Of a DNA stretch of 64,000 nt, positions 8,723 to 18,333 are shown piece by piece. Under the pieces are notes generated by a model. It was not told the origin of the DNA and searched no databases. It was given only the letters and a program-made list of their open reading frames with translations. This DNA is from Candidatus Staskawiczbacteria bacterium. GTDB taxonomy: Bacteria > Patescibacteriota > Minisyncoccia > Minisyncoccales > Staskawiczbacteraceae. The stretch is taken from NCBI GenBank assembly GCA_041659225.1, contig JBAZYR010000001.1, positions 98,087-162,086 of the forward strand, written 5' to 3'. Numbering within the stretch: the stretch's first letter is position 1; each line of letters starts with the position of its first letter. Both the position numbers and the translations under genes were made by a program.

Positions 8723-10228
8723 TTAAAGTTCTCCTTTTTTTCTCTCTTCTGTATAAAAAGCCAGAATATCTCCTTCCTGAATTTTACTGTTTCCTTCAAA
8801 TAGTATTCCGCATTCATCTCCTTTAATCAGCCTGTCTACATCCTTCTTGTTTTTCTGAAGATTAATCATTTTTCCCGAACCAACCTTTTCTTCGTCTCTG
8901 AAGACTTCTATCTTGAGACCTTTCCTTAATTCGCCAGCAATAACTTTTCCTCCGACTATCTGTCGGTTCTTTTCTCCCCAGAAAACTATTAACGTCTTAA
9001 CTTTTCCAACATCTTGCCTTATTACCTCCGGCTCAAGCGACCTTTCCATCGTTTGCCTGATGTCTTGAATCAAATCATAGATAACGTCAAAAGTTTTTAT
9101 CTTAACTCGCTTTTCATTGTCTTTCTTCATCGCCTGTAAAACACCTGAATTGATCTTCACCCTGAAACCAATTATCTGGCATTTACACCTTTCAGCTACC
9201 TTTATATCCGCCTCGTTAATATCGCCTACCTCGCTCTTCAGGATTCGCAGGATAACCTTATCTTGGGGAAGGTTTTTAAGGACAGTGTCAATTGCTTCTA
9301 AAGAGCCGACAACATCAACCTTTAAAACAACATTCATTATCTTCTGCCCTTCTGTCGGAGGAATGAAAGTAACAGGCGCTTGATTCCTTTCTTCGGCTGT
9401 CTTCAATCCGGCCGTTGCCTCTTCGATAATTTTATACGTCTTAAACTTCTCTCCCACCCATGGCGCTTTCTCAAAGCCAAGAACAACAACAGGCTGGGAG
9501 GGTAACGCTTGGTCAATGTTACTGCCTTTAAAATCCTCCAGATTCTTAATTTTAGCTAAAGTAGAATGCGTTCCAATAATATCTTTCTTGCTGAGCACTC
9601 CATTCTTTACAATTAAAGTAGCAACTGGTCCTTTAAAACTGTCTAGATATGACTCAATAACTATACCTTCGGCCGGAACGTCAGTATCGGCTCTTAAGTT
9701 CTCCATTTCCGCAACTAACAGAATTAATTCTAACAGTTCGTTTATACCTTTTTTAGTTTTAGCTGAAACTTCCGCGGAAGGTATCGTGCCCCCCAAAGAC
9801 TCGACAATTACGTCTATTTTTGCTAACTCTCTTTTTATCTTTTCAGGATCAGCAGTATCCTTGTCTATCTTATTAAGCGCTACAATCATCGGTATCTCAG
9901 ACTTTTTAATAACATTTATAGCTTCTTTGGTCTGTGGTTGCACAGAATCTGCGGCGTCTACGACCAAAATAGCGATGTCGGCTACCTCGGCGCCACGTGA
10001 GCGCATAGCTGAAAAAGCCTCATGGCCGGGAGTATCAACGAATGTCATTTTTTTTCCTTTATATTCAGCTTCATAAGCTCCGACATGCTGGGTAATTCCA
10101 CCCGACTCTTTCGCGGTAATTCTAAAATCCTTAATCGCTTCTAAAAGCGAAGATTTGCCGTGGTCAACGTGGCCCAATACCACCACTACCGGTGGCCTTA
10201 TTAAGTTTTTCTTGTTTTCTTTTACCAT
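8723..10228 (-). CDS. infB: Translation initiation factor IF-2 (short form lacking the long N-terminal region)
   Basis: G-domain motifs GHVDHGKS, DTPGHEAF and NKID, followed by the C-terminal IF-2 domains. 501 aa. Confidence 0.95.
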   Translation of the reverse strand: MVKENKKNLIRPPVVVVLGHVDHGKSSLLEAIKDFRITAKESGGITQHVGAYEAEYKGKKMTFVDTPGHEAFSAMRSRGAEVADIAILVVDAADSVQPQTKEAINVIKKSEIPMIVALNKIDKDTADPEKIKRELAKIDVIVESLGGTIPSAEVSAKTKKGINELLELILLVAEMENLRADTDVPAEGIVIESYLDSFKGPVATLIVKNGVLSKKDIIGTHSTLAKIKNLEDFKGSNIDQALPSQPVVVLGFEKAPWVGEKFKTYKIIEEATAGLKTAEERNQAPVTFIPPTEGQKIMNVVLKVDVVGSLEAIDTVLKNLPQDKVILRILKSEVGDINEADIKVAERCKCQIIGFRVKINSGVLQAMKKDNEKRVKIKTFDVIYDLIQDIRQTMERSLEPEVIRQDVGKVKTLIVFWGEKNRQIVGGKVIAGELRKGLKIEVFRDEEKVGSGKMINLQKNKKDVDRLIKGDECGILFEGNSKIQEGDILAFYTEERKKGEL

Positions 10229-10232
10229 ATAC

Positions 10233-10706
10233 TTAGGGCTTCGAGTTCATTGCCCTGTCAACTGCTTCGCATTCTTCATCTGATAAAGGATAGTCGGATT
10301 TTCCGCTCTTTATCGCTTTACTATAGACCCTATTGCCTTCTTTTATAAATAAACTGGAGATAACAAACCCATTGTTTTGATTATCCAAAAGGGCAATAAC
10401 AAAACTCTGGTTGCCTCCCATATTCGTGAATGGGTTGAATCTTACCATGCCTATCTTCTGGAAGGTTTTTTCAGATATATCCTCCAATTTCTTAATCTTT
10501 GAGGATAACTCTGTAATATCTGCCTCTTGCTTCTTAGTTTTCTGCAATTGGCTTAATATGACGTCGTCGAGGTTTTTAACCTTTTTTCCTTCTAATAATA
10601 GGTTTAATTTCTTCCTGAATTTAAACAATAAAAAGCCCAAAACAAGATTAAAAACAACGAGCAGGCCAAATATTGCAGACGAAATAATTAGGATAAGTTG
10701 GTCCAT
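10233..10706 (-). CDS. DUF4446-family membrane-anchored protein
   Basis: N-terminal TM helix, a coiled segment, then MVRFNPFTNMGGNQSFVIALLDNQNNGFVISSLF..RVYSKAIKSGKS, which resembles DUF4446. Confidence 0.55.
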   Translation of the reverse strand: MDQLILIISSAIFGLLVVFNLVLGFLLFKFRKKLNLLLEGKKVKNLDDVILSQLQKTKKQEADITELSSKIKKLEDISEKTFQKIGMVRFNPFTNMGGNQSFVIALLDNQNNGFVISSLFIKEGNRVYSKAIKSGKSDYPLSDEECEAVDRAMNSKP

Positions 10707-10811
10707 AATAACTAAGATTAGAGTATAAAAATATCTTAACTTATATCCTGCTATAATTCAACGGCCCGTCCTGTCGGGCTGGGCTATAGTTATAGACGCG
10801 TACACTGCAGG

Positions 10812-11480
10812 CTAGTTCAAACCGAATACCTCCACGACAATTTTTATAATAAATCCGCCGACTAAATACGCAAATAGTAAAGCAAATATTGTTACGGGAT
10901 ATTTCCAACGAGAGTTACTCCGTGGTCTGTCACTTAAACAGCTTTGGATTCTAAGAAAGGGGGCCACGTTCATGGCGTGATAATTAAGCATAACATAGGG
11001 AACAACCAATAAGGCCAACGGTTGGACGATAAAAAAACTATTGCCATCTCCTAAGGCCTGGCTCAAAGCCATTAAAAAAACGTACTCCCATATAGAAAAA
11101 TAAAACTTATTAATAAGGCGCCAAACTATCCAAAACAGCAAAAAGTAGAAAGGAATAGTGAGTAGTAAATCGATCGCGTAATTGTGAACGAACTGAATAA
11201 AAGTAAAGCTTTTATCTACCAGCAAAGAAGGCGCTATAGGATTAGTTATCATATATGCGCCCTCAACTAAAGCTGCTAATATAACACAAGAAAAGATAAA
11301 AAATAATTTGTTATTTTTCGGCTTGATAAGCCGGAAAATAGCGAGAGACGATATGAGGATAATTATTATTAAGATGTGGGTTATATCGTCGTTACTTAAC
11401 CCATCCTTAACAAAAATAGCTGTTATTACAAAGACGGCCCATACAACGTAAACTTTAGAAAAAAAACCACTTTTCCTCAT
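10812..11480 (-). CDS. Hypothetical polytopic membrane protein
   Basis: Six or more hydrophobic segments. No recognisable motif. Its start overlaps the stop of the upstream gene by 1 nt. Confidence 0.5.
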   Translation of the reverse strand: MRKSGFFSKVYVVWAVFVITAIFVKDGLSNDDITHILIIIILISSLAIFRLIKPKNNKLFFIFSCVILAALVEGAYMITNPIAPSLLVDKSFTFIQFVHNYAIDLLLTIPFYFLLFWIVWRLINKFYFSIWEYVFLMALSQALGDGNSFFIVQPLALLVVPYVMLNYHAMNVAPFLRIQSCLSDRPRSNSRWKYPVTIFALLFAYLVGGFIIKIVVEVFGLN

Positions 11481-12109
11481 TATTGTTTACGGAAGACAAA
11501 ATATGAATAGATCACCGGATATATAGCGGAAACGACCGCTGGAAAGAGTATGAATAAAATAACGTAATCTGGAAAAAACAATCCAAAAGCGGAAACTATC
11601 GCCCCGGCCTTGAAAAGAATCCCCCCCAATTTATGTGTTTTATCCCAGACAATATCACTGCTCAAGGTCCAGGGGGTTCTTATGCCAATAAACCAATTTC
11701 TTTTAGAATGCTCAATTAAAACGCCTACAAAATAGAATAAAATGACAAAAGCCGGCAGCAGGGCCATATTCATATCAACTCTTATATCCAATCCCCAAAG
11801 AATAATTATCAAATGGATGTATAAGAAAAAAAGTAAAAATAATAAAATGAACAAATCGTAATACTTCCTGAAAGATTCAATATTCTTCTTCAGGGGGTCT
11901 ATCTTCGGAACCAATGAAAGCAACGAGAATAATGCCAAAGACATCACAGGGATTAGAAATAATCCAAATGCCTTTGAGGAATACCCGTCTACTTCGCCAC
12001 GTGCATTCCAATGAGATGCTAGGCGCTCTGGTAGCTGCGGATAGAAGTAAAAACTGATAGCGAAGGTAGTAATCAGAACCAGTATAGAAATTATTGTAGA
12101 TTTATTCAT
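11480..12109 (-). CDS. SdpI/YhfL-like (DUF1648 + SdpI) membrane protein
   Basis: N-terminal LPERLASHWNARGEVDGY (DUF1648-like) and NWFIGIRTPWTLSSDIVWDKTHK (SdpI-family signature). Confidence 0.6.
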   Translation of the reverse strand: MNKSTIISILVLITTFAISFYFYPQLPERLASHWNARGEVDGYSSKAFGLFLIPVMSLALFSLLSLVPKIDPLKKNIESFRKYYDLFILLFLLFFLYIHLIIILWGLDIRVDMNMALLPAFVILFYFVGVLIEHSKRNWFIGIRTPWTLSSDIVWDKTHKLGGILFKAGAIVSAFGLFFPDYVILFILFPAVVSAIYPVIYSYFVFRKQ

Positions 12110-12127
12110 AAGTTATTGAGCTAGCCA

Positions 12128-14644
12128 TTAGCAATTCTCGTCAATCAGCCCATCGCCATCATTATCCATAGAATCACCGCATATTTCAACTAATAGACCC
12201 GGATCGATTCCTACTACGAAACCTTTAATAAACGCCTCAGCTTGCTCCAAATAATCAGTCGTAGGATAATTTTCTCGGCCAAAGGGTCCAGGATATTCAA
12301 ACATACCGCTAACGCCTTCTTGTTTTAACATGTAACCAACCTTTTGAGTGATTTTTGGATCCCACTTTTCTACCCCCCGGCCTGCTCCATACGCATCAAC
12401 AAAATCAAGCCAAGGGTATGAACCAGAATAATCTCCTTTTGCAAGGTTTGTTTCAAACTTGCTTAAAACAGGGAACGATTCCCACGAAGGCGAAACAGCA
12501 TCCCCAGAACCCTCAAGCATATAACTCCACAAATTCGGTTCTAAATTAAGATTTTCATTATAAAAATAAACTCTCGCGTTTGGGTTTCTTGTCTTTACTG
12601 TATCGCGCAAGTCATGTCCACGCGCCAACCAAAATTGGTCATACTGCGCATAACGCTCTGCCAAGGTTCCTGTGTATCTTCCAGCGCTGCTACCAATTGT
12701 TCCCTTATGCTCCCAGTCAACACCGACTTCAGGATAAGTCCAGACTTCATTATCAAATAAAACAATGTCATTGTTCTGCAAACTGGTAATATCAAGCAAA
12801 GTATTCAACAGAGCGAGTTCATCCTGCCAAATTTTTCCATCGTATGCGGGGTCAATAGCAAAATATGGTTGCAACGGTCCAGGGCAACTTGTAGCAGGAC
12901 CGCCGGTTGGGCAGTATGCATTAAGCAACGGGTCAAATCCCGGTGAATCATAATATTTTAAATCTTGGCCATTGGAAGCATGATTCGTTCCGTCCAAATT
13001 CAGGGGATGATCTAGGATTAAATGGCCTGAAGAAATTCGGATTGCAAGCGGCAGGCCAATTGCCCTTATTTCAGAAATGCGCTGTTGAATGAGTGCTTTT
13101 TTCGTAGGATTATCAAAAACAGCTTGGATGGAATAAACAGCAACTCCGTTGTGAGTAAACCCTATGTCTTTCAAAGATTCCATTACAGCTAGAAAATCTT
13201 GCCAGACAGCTGGTGTAATAACGGAAGCGTCCAAGAAAGGGCCCCAATAGGTGATAATACTGCCAATTTGAGATGGGCACTGCCCACAATCTAGCGTACA
13301 ACTCGAGCAATCTTCATTACCACTGCAGGAACCGTCTCCGCAGATAGGAGCACAAGCTCCGCAGTCTCCAGGGCAAGTAGAACAACTTTCTGATCCATTA
13401 CAACTTCCGTCTCCGCAAACAGGAGCACAAGCTCCGCAATCTCCAGAGCAAGTAGAACAAATTTCTGATCCGTTACAACTTCCGTCTCCACAGATAGGAG
13501 GACAACTGCCACAGTCTTGTACGCATGAAGAGCAAGTCTCATTATTATCACAGGTTCCATCTCCACAGGTGACGGACTGGGATACATTGATGCCGACAGT
13601 GTCATATGCAGGAGCAGCCGTGCCCCTTTCAACCTTAACTTTGGCCGCATAAGTGCCGGGGGTAAGATACGAGCAACCATCAATAAATTCTTTTACAGGC
13701 GAGGCTATCCCTTTGTATAGAGCATTGTCAGGAGAATCCCAAACTCCGTCATTCTGACAATCGAAATAATAGCTTATGTTTCCAGTCGCAGTTCCCGTGA
13801 CGTCTGCCTTAAGGTCTACTCCTGCCAAGGAATTAGTTCCAGATAAAATGTCTTGCCAATTCGAAGAATTGATTGATGCTGTTAAGCTAACGAAAAGGTC
13901 AGAAGGCGGTGGTTCGCTCAGAAGTGAATTCAACTTTACTCTCGTACCTCTTCCAACAAATCCAGTGGCCTGAATAGTGTAGCCTGCGGTTTGTGAGATT
14001 ACAGTCTTGTATTTATTCTGGAATTTAATAACTGCTGCCTTGGTGAGCACGCCAAAATATGTTGTTTCTCTTCCTGCGGAGCCTTGCCCGCTTCCAGATA
14101 GAATAGTGTCGGGATCCTTATTCAACAGAGTCTTCAGACATTGAACGTCCTTATTCGACATTCCAAGATACAGATTTCGGCTAAAAGTAAAGTTAAGACA
14201 AGAGTCGCTAGGGCTGGATGGATTGCTGATGTCAGAAGGAGAAGAATCTAAAACTTTTTGGTAAATGATGGTATCTGAAAAAATTGTAGATGAACAGCCA
14301 GATTTGCCACAAAATTTAGCGTAGACGCTCTTCACTCCCTCTCCGCTTGATAGAGTCCATTGTTGGCTCGCCTTATACGGCCCAATGACTGAATAGTTAA
14401 AATTATACGTGTTAGACAAAATAACGGTTTCAGTGGTAGAACTGGCTCTAAAGGTTAAGGTTACTTGTCTGGAACTAGTGTATTGTTCGTTATTATTGAT
14501 TACAATCTGGAAAGTTGCGGCTTGAGAAATAAAAGAATGTGAAAAGATAAGGGGGACGAATAATACAGAGCCGACAGCTAAAAAAACACCTCCTGCAATA
14601 ATAACGGAGAAAAATTTTCGTTCTTTTCTTGGTTGTATCATCAA
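12128..14644 (-). CDS. Large secreted/surface protein: PG-binding-like domain, Ig/PKD-like region, 4x Cys-rich 25-aa repeats, unknown approx. 360-aa domain, C-terminal CxDxxDNDGDGxxDE motif
   Basis: N-terminal TM/signal region. LGMSNKDVQCLKTLLNKD...YFGVLTKAAVIKFQ resembles a PG_binding_1 domain. Repeats follow the pattern CGDGSCNGSExCSTCxGDCGACAP. The C-terminus reads EICGDSMDNDGDGLIDENC. Confidence 0.6.
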   Translation of the reverse strand: MMIQPRKERKFFSVIIAGGVFLAVGSVLFVPLIFSHSFISQAATFQIVINNNEQYTSSRQVTLTFRASSTTETVILSNTYNFNYSVIGPYKASQQWTLSSGEGVKSVYAKFCGKSGCSSTIFSDTIIYQKVLDSSPSDISNPSSPSDSCLNFTFSRNLYLGMSNKDVQCLKTLLNKDPDTILSGSGQGSAGRETTYFGVLTKAAVIKFQNKYKTVISQTAGYTIQATGFVGRGTRVKLNSLLSEPPPSDLFVSLTASINSSNWQDILSGTNSLAGVDLKADVTGTATGNISYYFDCQNDGVWDSPDNALYKGIASPVKEFIDGCSYLTPGTYAAKVKVERGTAAPAYDTVGINVSQSVTCGDGTCDNNETCSSCVQDCGSCPPICGDGSCNGSEICSTCSGDCGACAPVCGDGSCNGSESCSTCPGDCGACAPICGDGSCSGNEDCSSCTLDCGQCPSQIGSIITYWGPFLDASVITPAVWQDFLAVMESLKDIGFTHNGVAVYSIQAVFDNPTKKALIQQRISEIRAIGLPLAIRISSGHLILDHPLNLDGTNHASNGQDLKYYDSPGFDPLLNAYCPTGGPATSCPGPLQPYFAIDPAYDGKIWQDELALLNTLLDITSLQNNDIVLFDNEVWTYPEVGVDWEHKGTIGSSAGRYTGTLAERYAQYDQFWLARGHDLRDTVKTRNPNARVYFYNENLNLEPNLWSYMLEGSGDAVSPSWESFPVLSKFETNLAKGDYSGSYPWLDFVDAYGAGRGVEKWDPKITQKVGYMLKQEGVSGMFEYPGPFGRENYPTTDYLEQAEAFIKGFVVGIDPGLLVEICGDSMDNDGDGLIDENC
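13271..13567 (-). repeat. Four tandem 75-bp (25-aa) Cys-rich coding repeats
   Basis: aa 360-458 read CGDGTCDNNETCSSCVQDCGSCPPI / CGDGSCNGSEICSTCSGDCGACAPV / CGDGSCNGSESCSTCPGDCGACAPI / CGDGSCSGNEDCSSCTLDCGQCPSQ. The middle two copies are nearly identical at DNA level. Confidence 0.85.
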
Positions 14645-14865
14645 AGTATAGTATCTACTAACCGAAAAATAATCCTGTTCTTTACTATAACACTATGATA
14701 AAAAATTACCTACATGCGAGAACTCAGTCGACTGTATAGTATGCACTTGGCGGTGTGTCTAGGACTAGAACTAAAATTTTAAGGAGAATTTAGCAAGTTT
14801 TTAATGCTTTGCAAATAAGCGTCTCGGTCGATGACTATTCCTTTTCTTTTCCTACTTAGGAATTT

Positions 14866-15612
14866 TTATTTTTTTACAAAATCTTTGACTTTTTCTGCCC
14901 GTCTTAAACACGCATTTACTTCTTCGGGTGATAATAATTCAGACAATGAATTCCTAAGTGAACTCATTCTTTTCTCATCTGAAAAAAACCCTTTTATTTT
15001 CTCTCGTATCTCGGCTGCCGGAGGTTGTTTCCGAAAATCTTTATAGTCAAAATCTGTTTCAGTTTTTTCGAAAGACAGACCATTATCAATCGCTACGATT
15101 CTGCTATCTTTTACAAGAAAATTTTCGTCAGATGAGTCCGACTGATGAATAATATAATCAAAAACCCAAACCTTCATTAGTTCATCTTGTAATTCATGAT
15201 TTTCTCTTTGTTCCGGTGGAAGCAAATTAAGGACTATTGCATCTTCAACAAATTTCTGTATGCTTCCCTCTTGTCCATTTATTGTTCTAATCTCGGTGGG
15301 GGGCACAAGGCCGAACCCAAAAGCCTTATCAACAAGATACGCAGCTCTCTCTCTTTTGAAGTAAGTGCCCACCGGAAAAACATCTTCCATTTTTGGTACG
15401 GGCTTTTCCCCAGCTTTTGGTTTGAATATCCCAGCGCCGCCACCCTTAAAAGAAACATACAGAGTTTCGTTGATTCCTTTTTCTGATATAGCGTGCGATT
15501 CTTCTATTTCTGCGGTTTTAAGCATAACCTCTTCTTGCTCCGCAGAGGTTTCTTTTTCAGTTTTCCCCGCATCTGGTTGTTGTATATTAAATTCTGGTTT
15601 TTCTACTGACAT
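14866..15612 (-). CDS. PI3/PI4-kinase-fold (atypical protein-kinase-like) protein
   Basis: GIFKPKAGEKP...FPVGTYFKRERAAYLVDKAFGFGLVPPTEIR..GSIQKFVE, then VFDYIIHQSDSSDENFLV...IVAIDNGLSF. This resembles bacterial PI3_PI4_kinase-domain (SCO1664-like) proteins. Confidence 0.55.
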   Translation of the reverse strand: MSVEKPEFNIQQPDAGKTEKETSAEQEEVMLKTAEIEESHAISEKGINETLYVSFKGGGAGIFKPKAGEKPVPKMEDVFPVGTYFKRERAAYLVDKAFGFGLVPPTEIRTINGQEGSIQKFVEDAIVLNLLPPEQRENHELQDELMKVWVFDYIIHQSDSSDENFLVKDSRIVAIDNGLSFEKTETDFDYKDFRKQPPAAEIREKIKGFFSDEKRMSSLRNSLSELLSPEEVNACLRRAEKVKDFVKK

Positions 15613-15821
15613 ATTATTTTTTACTCTACCAAAAAACTACCTTAATTAAAAGGTGGTTTCTTAAAAATCGGGGATCCGCATCGTGAAGGTTGTTGAAACT
15701 ATTATTCAGGAGAAAAAGGAATGTGTAATTATTCCTGACTTAATCTTTGATGGACGAAGTTAGAACCTATTTTGTATGAAAATTGTGCTGAATTAAAACC
15801 AATAGCGATAAGAATTCTTGG

Positions 15822-16283
15822 TTATGTTTTTTCTGAATCTTCCCTTCTAAGAGTTTCTGACTTTATAAGCGCTTCTACTTGCCTCCTTGCTATTTCTCTA
15901 AAGGTCCGATAATCTTCAGACAAAACCTGTCGCCTTTCCAATCCGAGTTTCCGTGTTTCTGGTTTTTCGCGGTCTTCTGTAAGTTTTTTGCAATCTTCTG
16001 CAATTAAATTTTTGATATTCTCCCCTTTCTCAACTCGTGGAGCAATAAGCTCGAGATAAGCCTTACCCGCGTAGGTAGCCATTAAGACAGTTTCTATTTC
16101 CAGTCTTTCATTTTCTTTAATGTCTCCCCCCAATCTTTCTTTAAAGCCAGCTACCGCGCTGTCGCATTCTCTTATATATTTTTCCAATGATTCTCTACCT
16201 CCGATTTCGCCAAAAACCTCTTTTTCGGCGGAAATACCCTCTGATTCTGATATTTGTGGTCCACTTTCTACATTTCTTGACAT
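15822..16283 (-). CDS. Hypothetical acidic/helical protein
   Basis: ORF with no motif. The ORF-track TTG start at 16364 sits in the U-run of an upstream terminator hairpin and overlaps a TTGACA box, so ATG 16283 is preferred. The start remains uncertain. Confidence 0.4.
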   Translation of the reverse strand: MSRNVESGPQISESEGISAEKEVFGEIGGRESLEKYIRECDSAVAGFKERLGGDIKENERLEIETVLMATYAGKAYLELIAPRVEKGENIKNLIAEDCKKLTEDREKPETRKLGLERRQVLSEDYRTFREIARRQVEALIKSETLRREDSEKT

Positions 16284-16471
16284 ATTTTTATTTATTTTAT
16301 TAGCTTTACAATAGCTACTTAACTCTGTATTTAGTTTATCCCACCACAATAATTTGTCAATCAAAAACCCGAGAATTTATCTCGGGAATTTTGCTCCAGC
16401 GCCAGAACCCGAACGGTCTCGATCGCTCAATCGCCTCGGCTGAGTCGGTCCTCGATAAAAAATGTTGTCTG

Positions 16472-16557
16472 CGGAGAGGGTGAGATTCGAACTCACGTGC
16501 CCGTGAGGGCTAGCCGCTTTCGAGGCGGTCCCGTTATGTCCACTTCGGTACCTCTCC
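16472..16557 (-). tRNA. tRNA-Ser (anticodon CGA)
   Basis: Acceptor ggagagg/cctctcc, anticodon loop ctcgaaa, long variable arm, T-arm gtgag-ttcgaat-ctcac, discriminator G. Confidence 0.85.
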
Positions 16558-16653
16558 AAGTCTATTATTATAATATTTATCCAACTTATACAAAATGGGC
16601 TTTATTCCCTAAAAATGCGACCCTAGAGCCGCATTCTTAAAATTGTGAAACCT

Positions 16654-17010
16654 TTATTCTCTCTCTTTGGCCAGAACTTGGTGCCAATCATTAAAATCAT
16701 AAATATCATGAGCAATCATTCCGCACAGTACCCCCCAAAGGAATTTATGGAACTCGAATCTCCATCCACCTAAGAAAAAGAATATCAACAGTAAACAGCC
16801 GAAAATCCAATGATGCAAATGAAAATTCCAACCCTTAAATTTTATGTTAATAAACTTCAAAGGTCCGTTCTCTATATGCTTTTCGTAAAAATACTTTGTC
16901 ACTAAGTAGCCTAAAATCAAACCTGAGGCAAACAAAACAGACGTATAGGCAGATGTAGCTAAAATTGCTGCTGAAACTACTTTCTTCTTTTTTGTTCTTT
17001 TATATTGCAT
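16654..17010 (-). CDS. Hypothetical small membrane protein (about 3 TM)
   Basis: Hydrophobic segments and a His-rich patch (FHLHHW). No known motif. Confidence 0.45.
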   Translation of the reverse strand: MQYKRTKKKKVVSAAILATSAYTSVLFASGLILGYLVTKYFYEKHIENGPLKFINIKFKGWNFHLHHWIFGCLLLIFFFLGGWRFEFHKFLWGVLCGMIAHDIYDFNDWHQVLAKERE

Positions 17011-17037
17011 AAATCCCTATAATTAGACTTTATGTTG

Positions 17038-17109
17038 TGCCCCCATGAGGAGTCGGACCTCAATCTAGAGCTTAGGAGTCTCTTGTTCTATCCGTTGAAC
17101 TACGGGGGC
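17038..17109 (-). tRNA. tRNA-Arg (anticodon CCU)
   Basis: Acceptor gcccccg/tgggggc, anticodon loop ctcctaa, T-arm tgagg-tccgact-cctca (C at position 55). Confidence 0.75.
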
Positions 17110-17199
17110 AAATTCGCCCTTTTCCTATGGTTTTAGGGGCTTTTGTATATTTAGATATAGTACCATAAAATAACGGTCAAGACAATAATCACACATTTC

Positions 17200-17228
17200 T
17201 TGTTTGCCAACCAATTGCTTGGTATAAT
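17200..17228 (+). promoter_or_regulatory. Promoter with extended -10 (TTGTTT-17 nt-TGgTATAAT) ending 7 nt before the htrA ATG
   Basis: TTGTTT at 17200-17205, TG at 17220-17221, TATAAT at 17223-17228, ATG at 17236. There is no room for a Shine-Dalgarno sequence. Confidence 0.5.
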
Positions 17229-17235
17229 ACGGCAT

Positions 17236-18267
17236 ATGGCAAAAAATTTATCGATTATCAAAATCGCAAAGCGGGTTTGCCCGGCAGTAATCACTATTGT
17301 TGTCTCAAAAGACCTTCCTAAGGTAGAAGGTTTTTACATGTATCCTTTCGGTGGCAAGGAATATGCTATGCCGAAAATAGATCACGGGGCAGGCAACGAG
17401 AAGACTCAGATAGGAGGCGGAAGCGGCTTCATAATCTCAAAAGACGGATATATTCTTACTTCAAATCATGTTGTAGCTGATACAACCGCTGATTATACAG
17501 TCATTGTCGAGCCAACTAAGAAATTCCAAGCAAAGGTCTTGGCCCGGAACCCGATTAACGACGTTGCTATAATCAAGGTAGATGCCAAAGACCTCCCCTA
17601 TTTGGAATTAAGCGATTCAAACAAGCTGGAATTAGGCGAGGAAGTAGTGGCGATAGGAAACGCCTTAGGAGAATTCCACGACACCGTTAGCGCTGGGATT
17701 GTTTCCGGCCTCAGCCGATACATTACTGCTCTTAATGGTTTTAGCCAACAAGCTGAAAACTTGAGAGGATTGATACAGACTGACGCAGCGATTAATCCCG
17801 GCAACTCCGGTGGACCATTAGTTAACAGGCAAGCCAAGGTAATCGGCATTAACACAGCTATGGTAATGGGCGCCCAGAATATTGGTTTTGCTATTCCAAT
17901 AAACTACGCCAAGAAAGATTTAGAAGAAATAAAGAAATTCGGGAAAATTATAGTTCCATTTTTGGGCGTAAAATATATTCTACTGTCTAAGGATATGGCC
18001 AAGGCGAACAAACTGTCGGTTGATGATGGGGCCCTAGTCGTCAGGGAAACATTAGGAGAATCTCCGGTTATAAAAGACTCACCTGCTGAAAAATCTGGAG
18101 TTAAGGAATTTGATATTATTCTGGAATGCGGGGGAGAAAAAATAAGTCTCGAAAATCCATTAGCTAACATCCTGCAAAAATGCAAAGTTGACCAAGAGAT
18201 TGATCTAAAAATTCTGAGAGAGGGACAGGAAATAATGCTAAAAACAAAACTGGACGAAAAGAAATAG
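17236..18267 (+). CDS. htrA: HtrA/DegP-family serine protease with PDZ domain
   Basis: Catalytic His in TSNHVV, Asp in NDVAIIKV, Ser in GNSGGPLV. C-terminal PDZ-like region. Confidence 0.9.
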   Translation: MAKNLSIIKIAKRVCPAVITIVVSKDLPKVEGFYMYPFGGKEYAMPKIDHGAGNEKTQIGGGSGFIISKDGYILTSNHVVADTTADYTVIVEPTKKFQAKVLARNPINDVAIIKVDAKDLPYLELSDSNKLELGEEVVAIGNALGEFHDTVSAGIVSGLSRYITALNGFSQQAENLRGLIQTDAAINPGNSGGPLVNRQAKVIGINTAMVMGAQNIGFAIPINYAKKDLEEIKKFGKIIVPFLGVKYILLSKDMAKANKLSVDDGALVVRETLGESPVIKDSPAEKSGVKEFDIILECGGEKISLENPLANILQKCKVDQEIDLKILREGQEIMLKTKLDEKK

Positions 18268-18280
18268 AATACTAAATATA

Positions 18281-18308
18281 AAACAGCCCGGAATCGGGCT
18301 GTTTTTTG
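18281..18308. terminator. Bidirectional rho-independent terminator
   Basis: acagcccg-gaat-cgggctgt, flanked by an A-run and ttttt, between convergent genes. Confidence 0.8.
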
Positions 18309-18333
18309 AATGCGCAGCGTGGGTAGTAGTGCC

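Noticed and set aside
13271-13567. Possible CRISPR-like or noncoding repeat array
   Set aside because: The 75-bp repeats are in frame, contiguous without spacers, and encode a Cys-rich protein repeat. No CRISPR array or cas genes are seen anywhere in the window.
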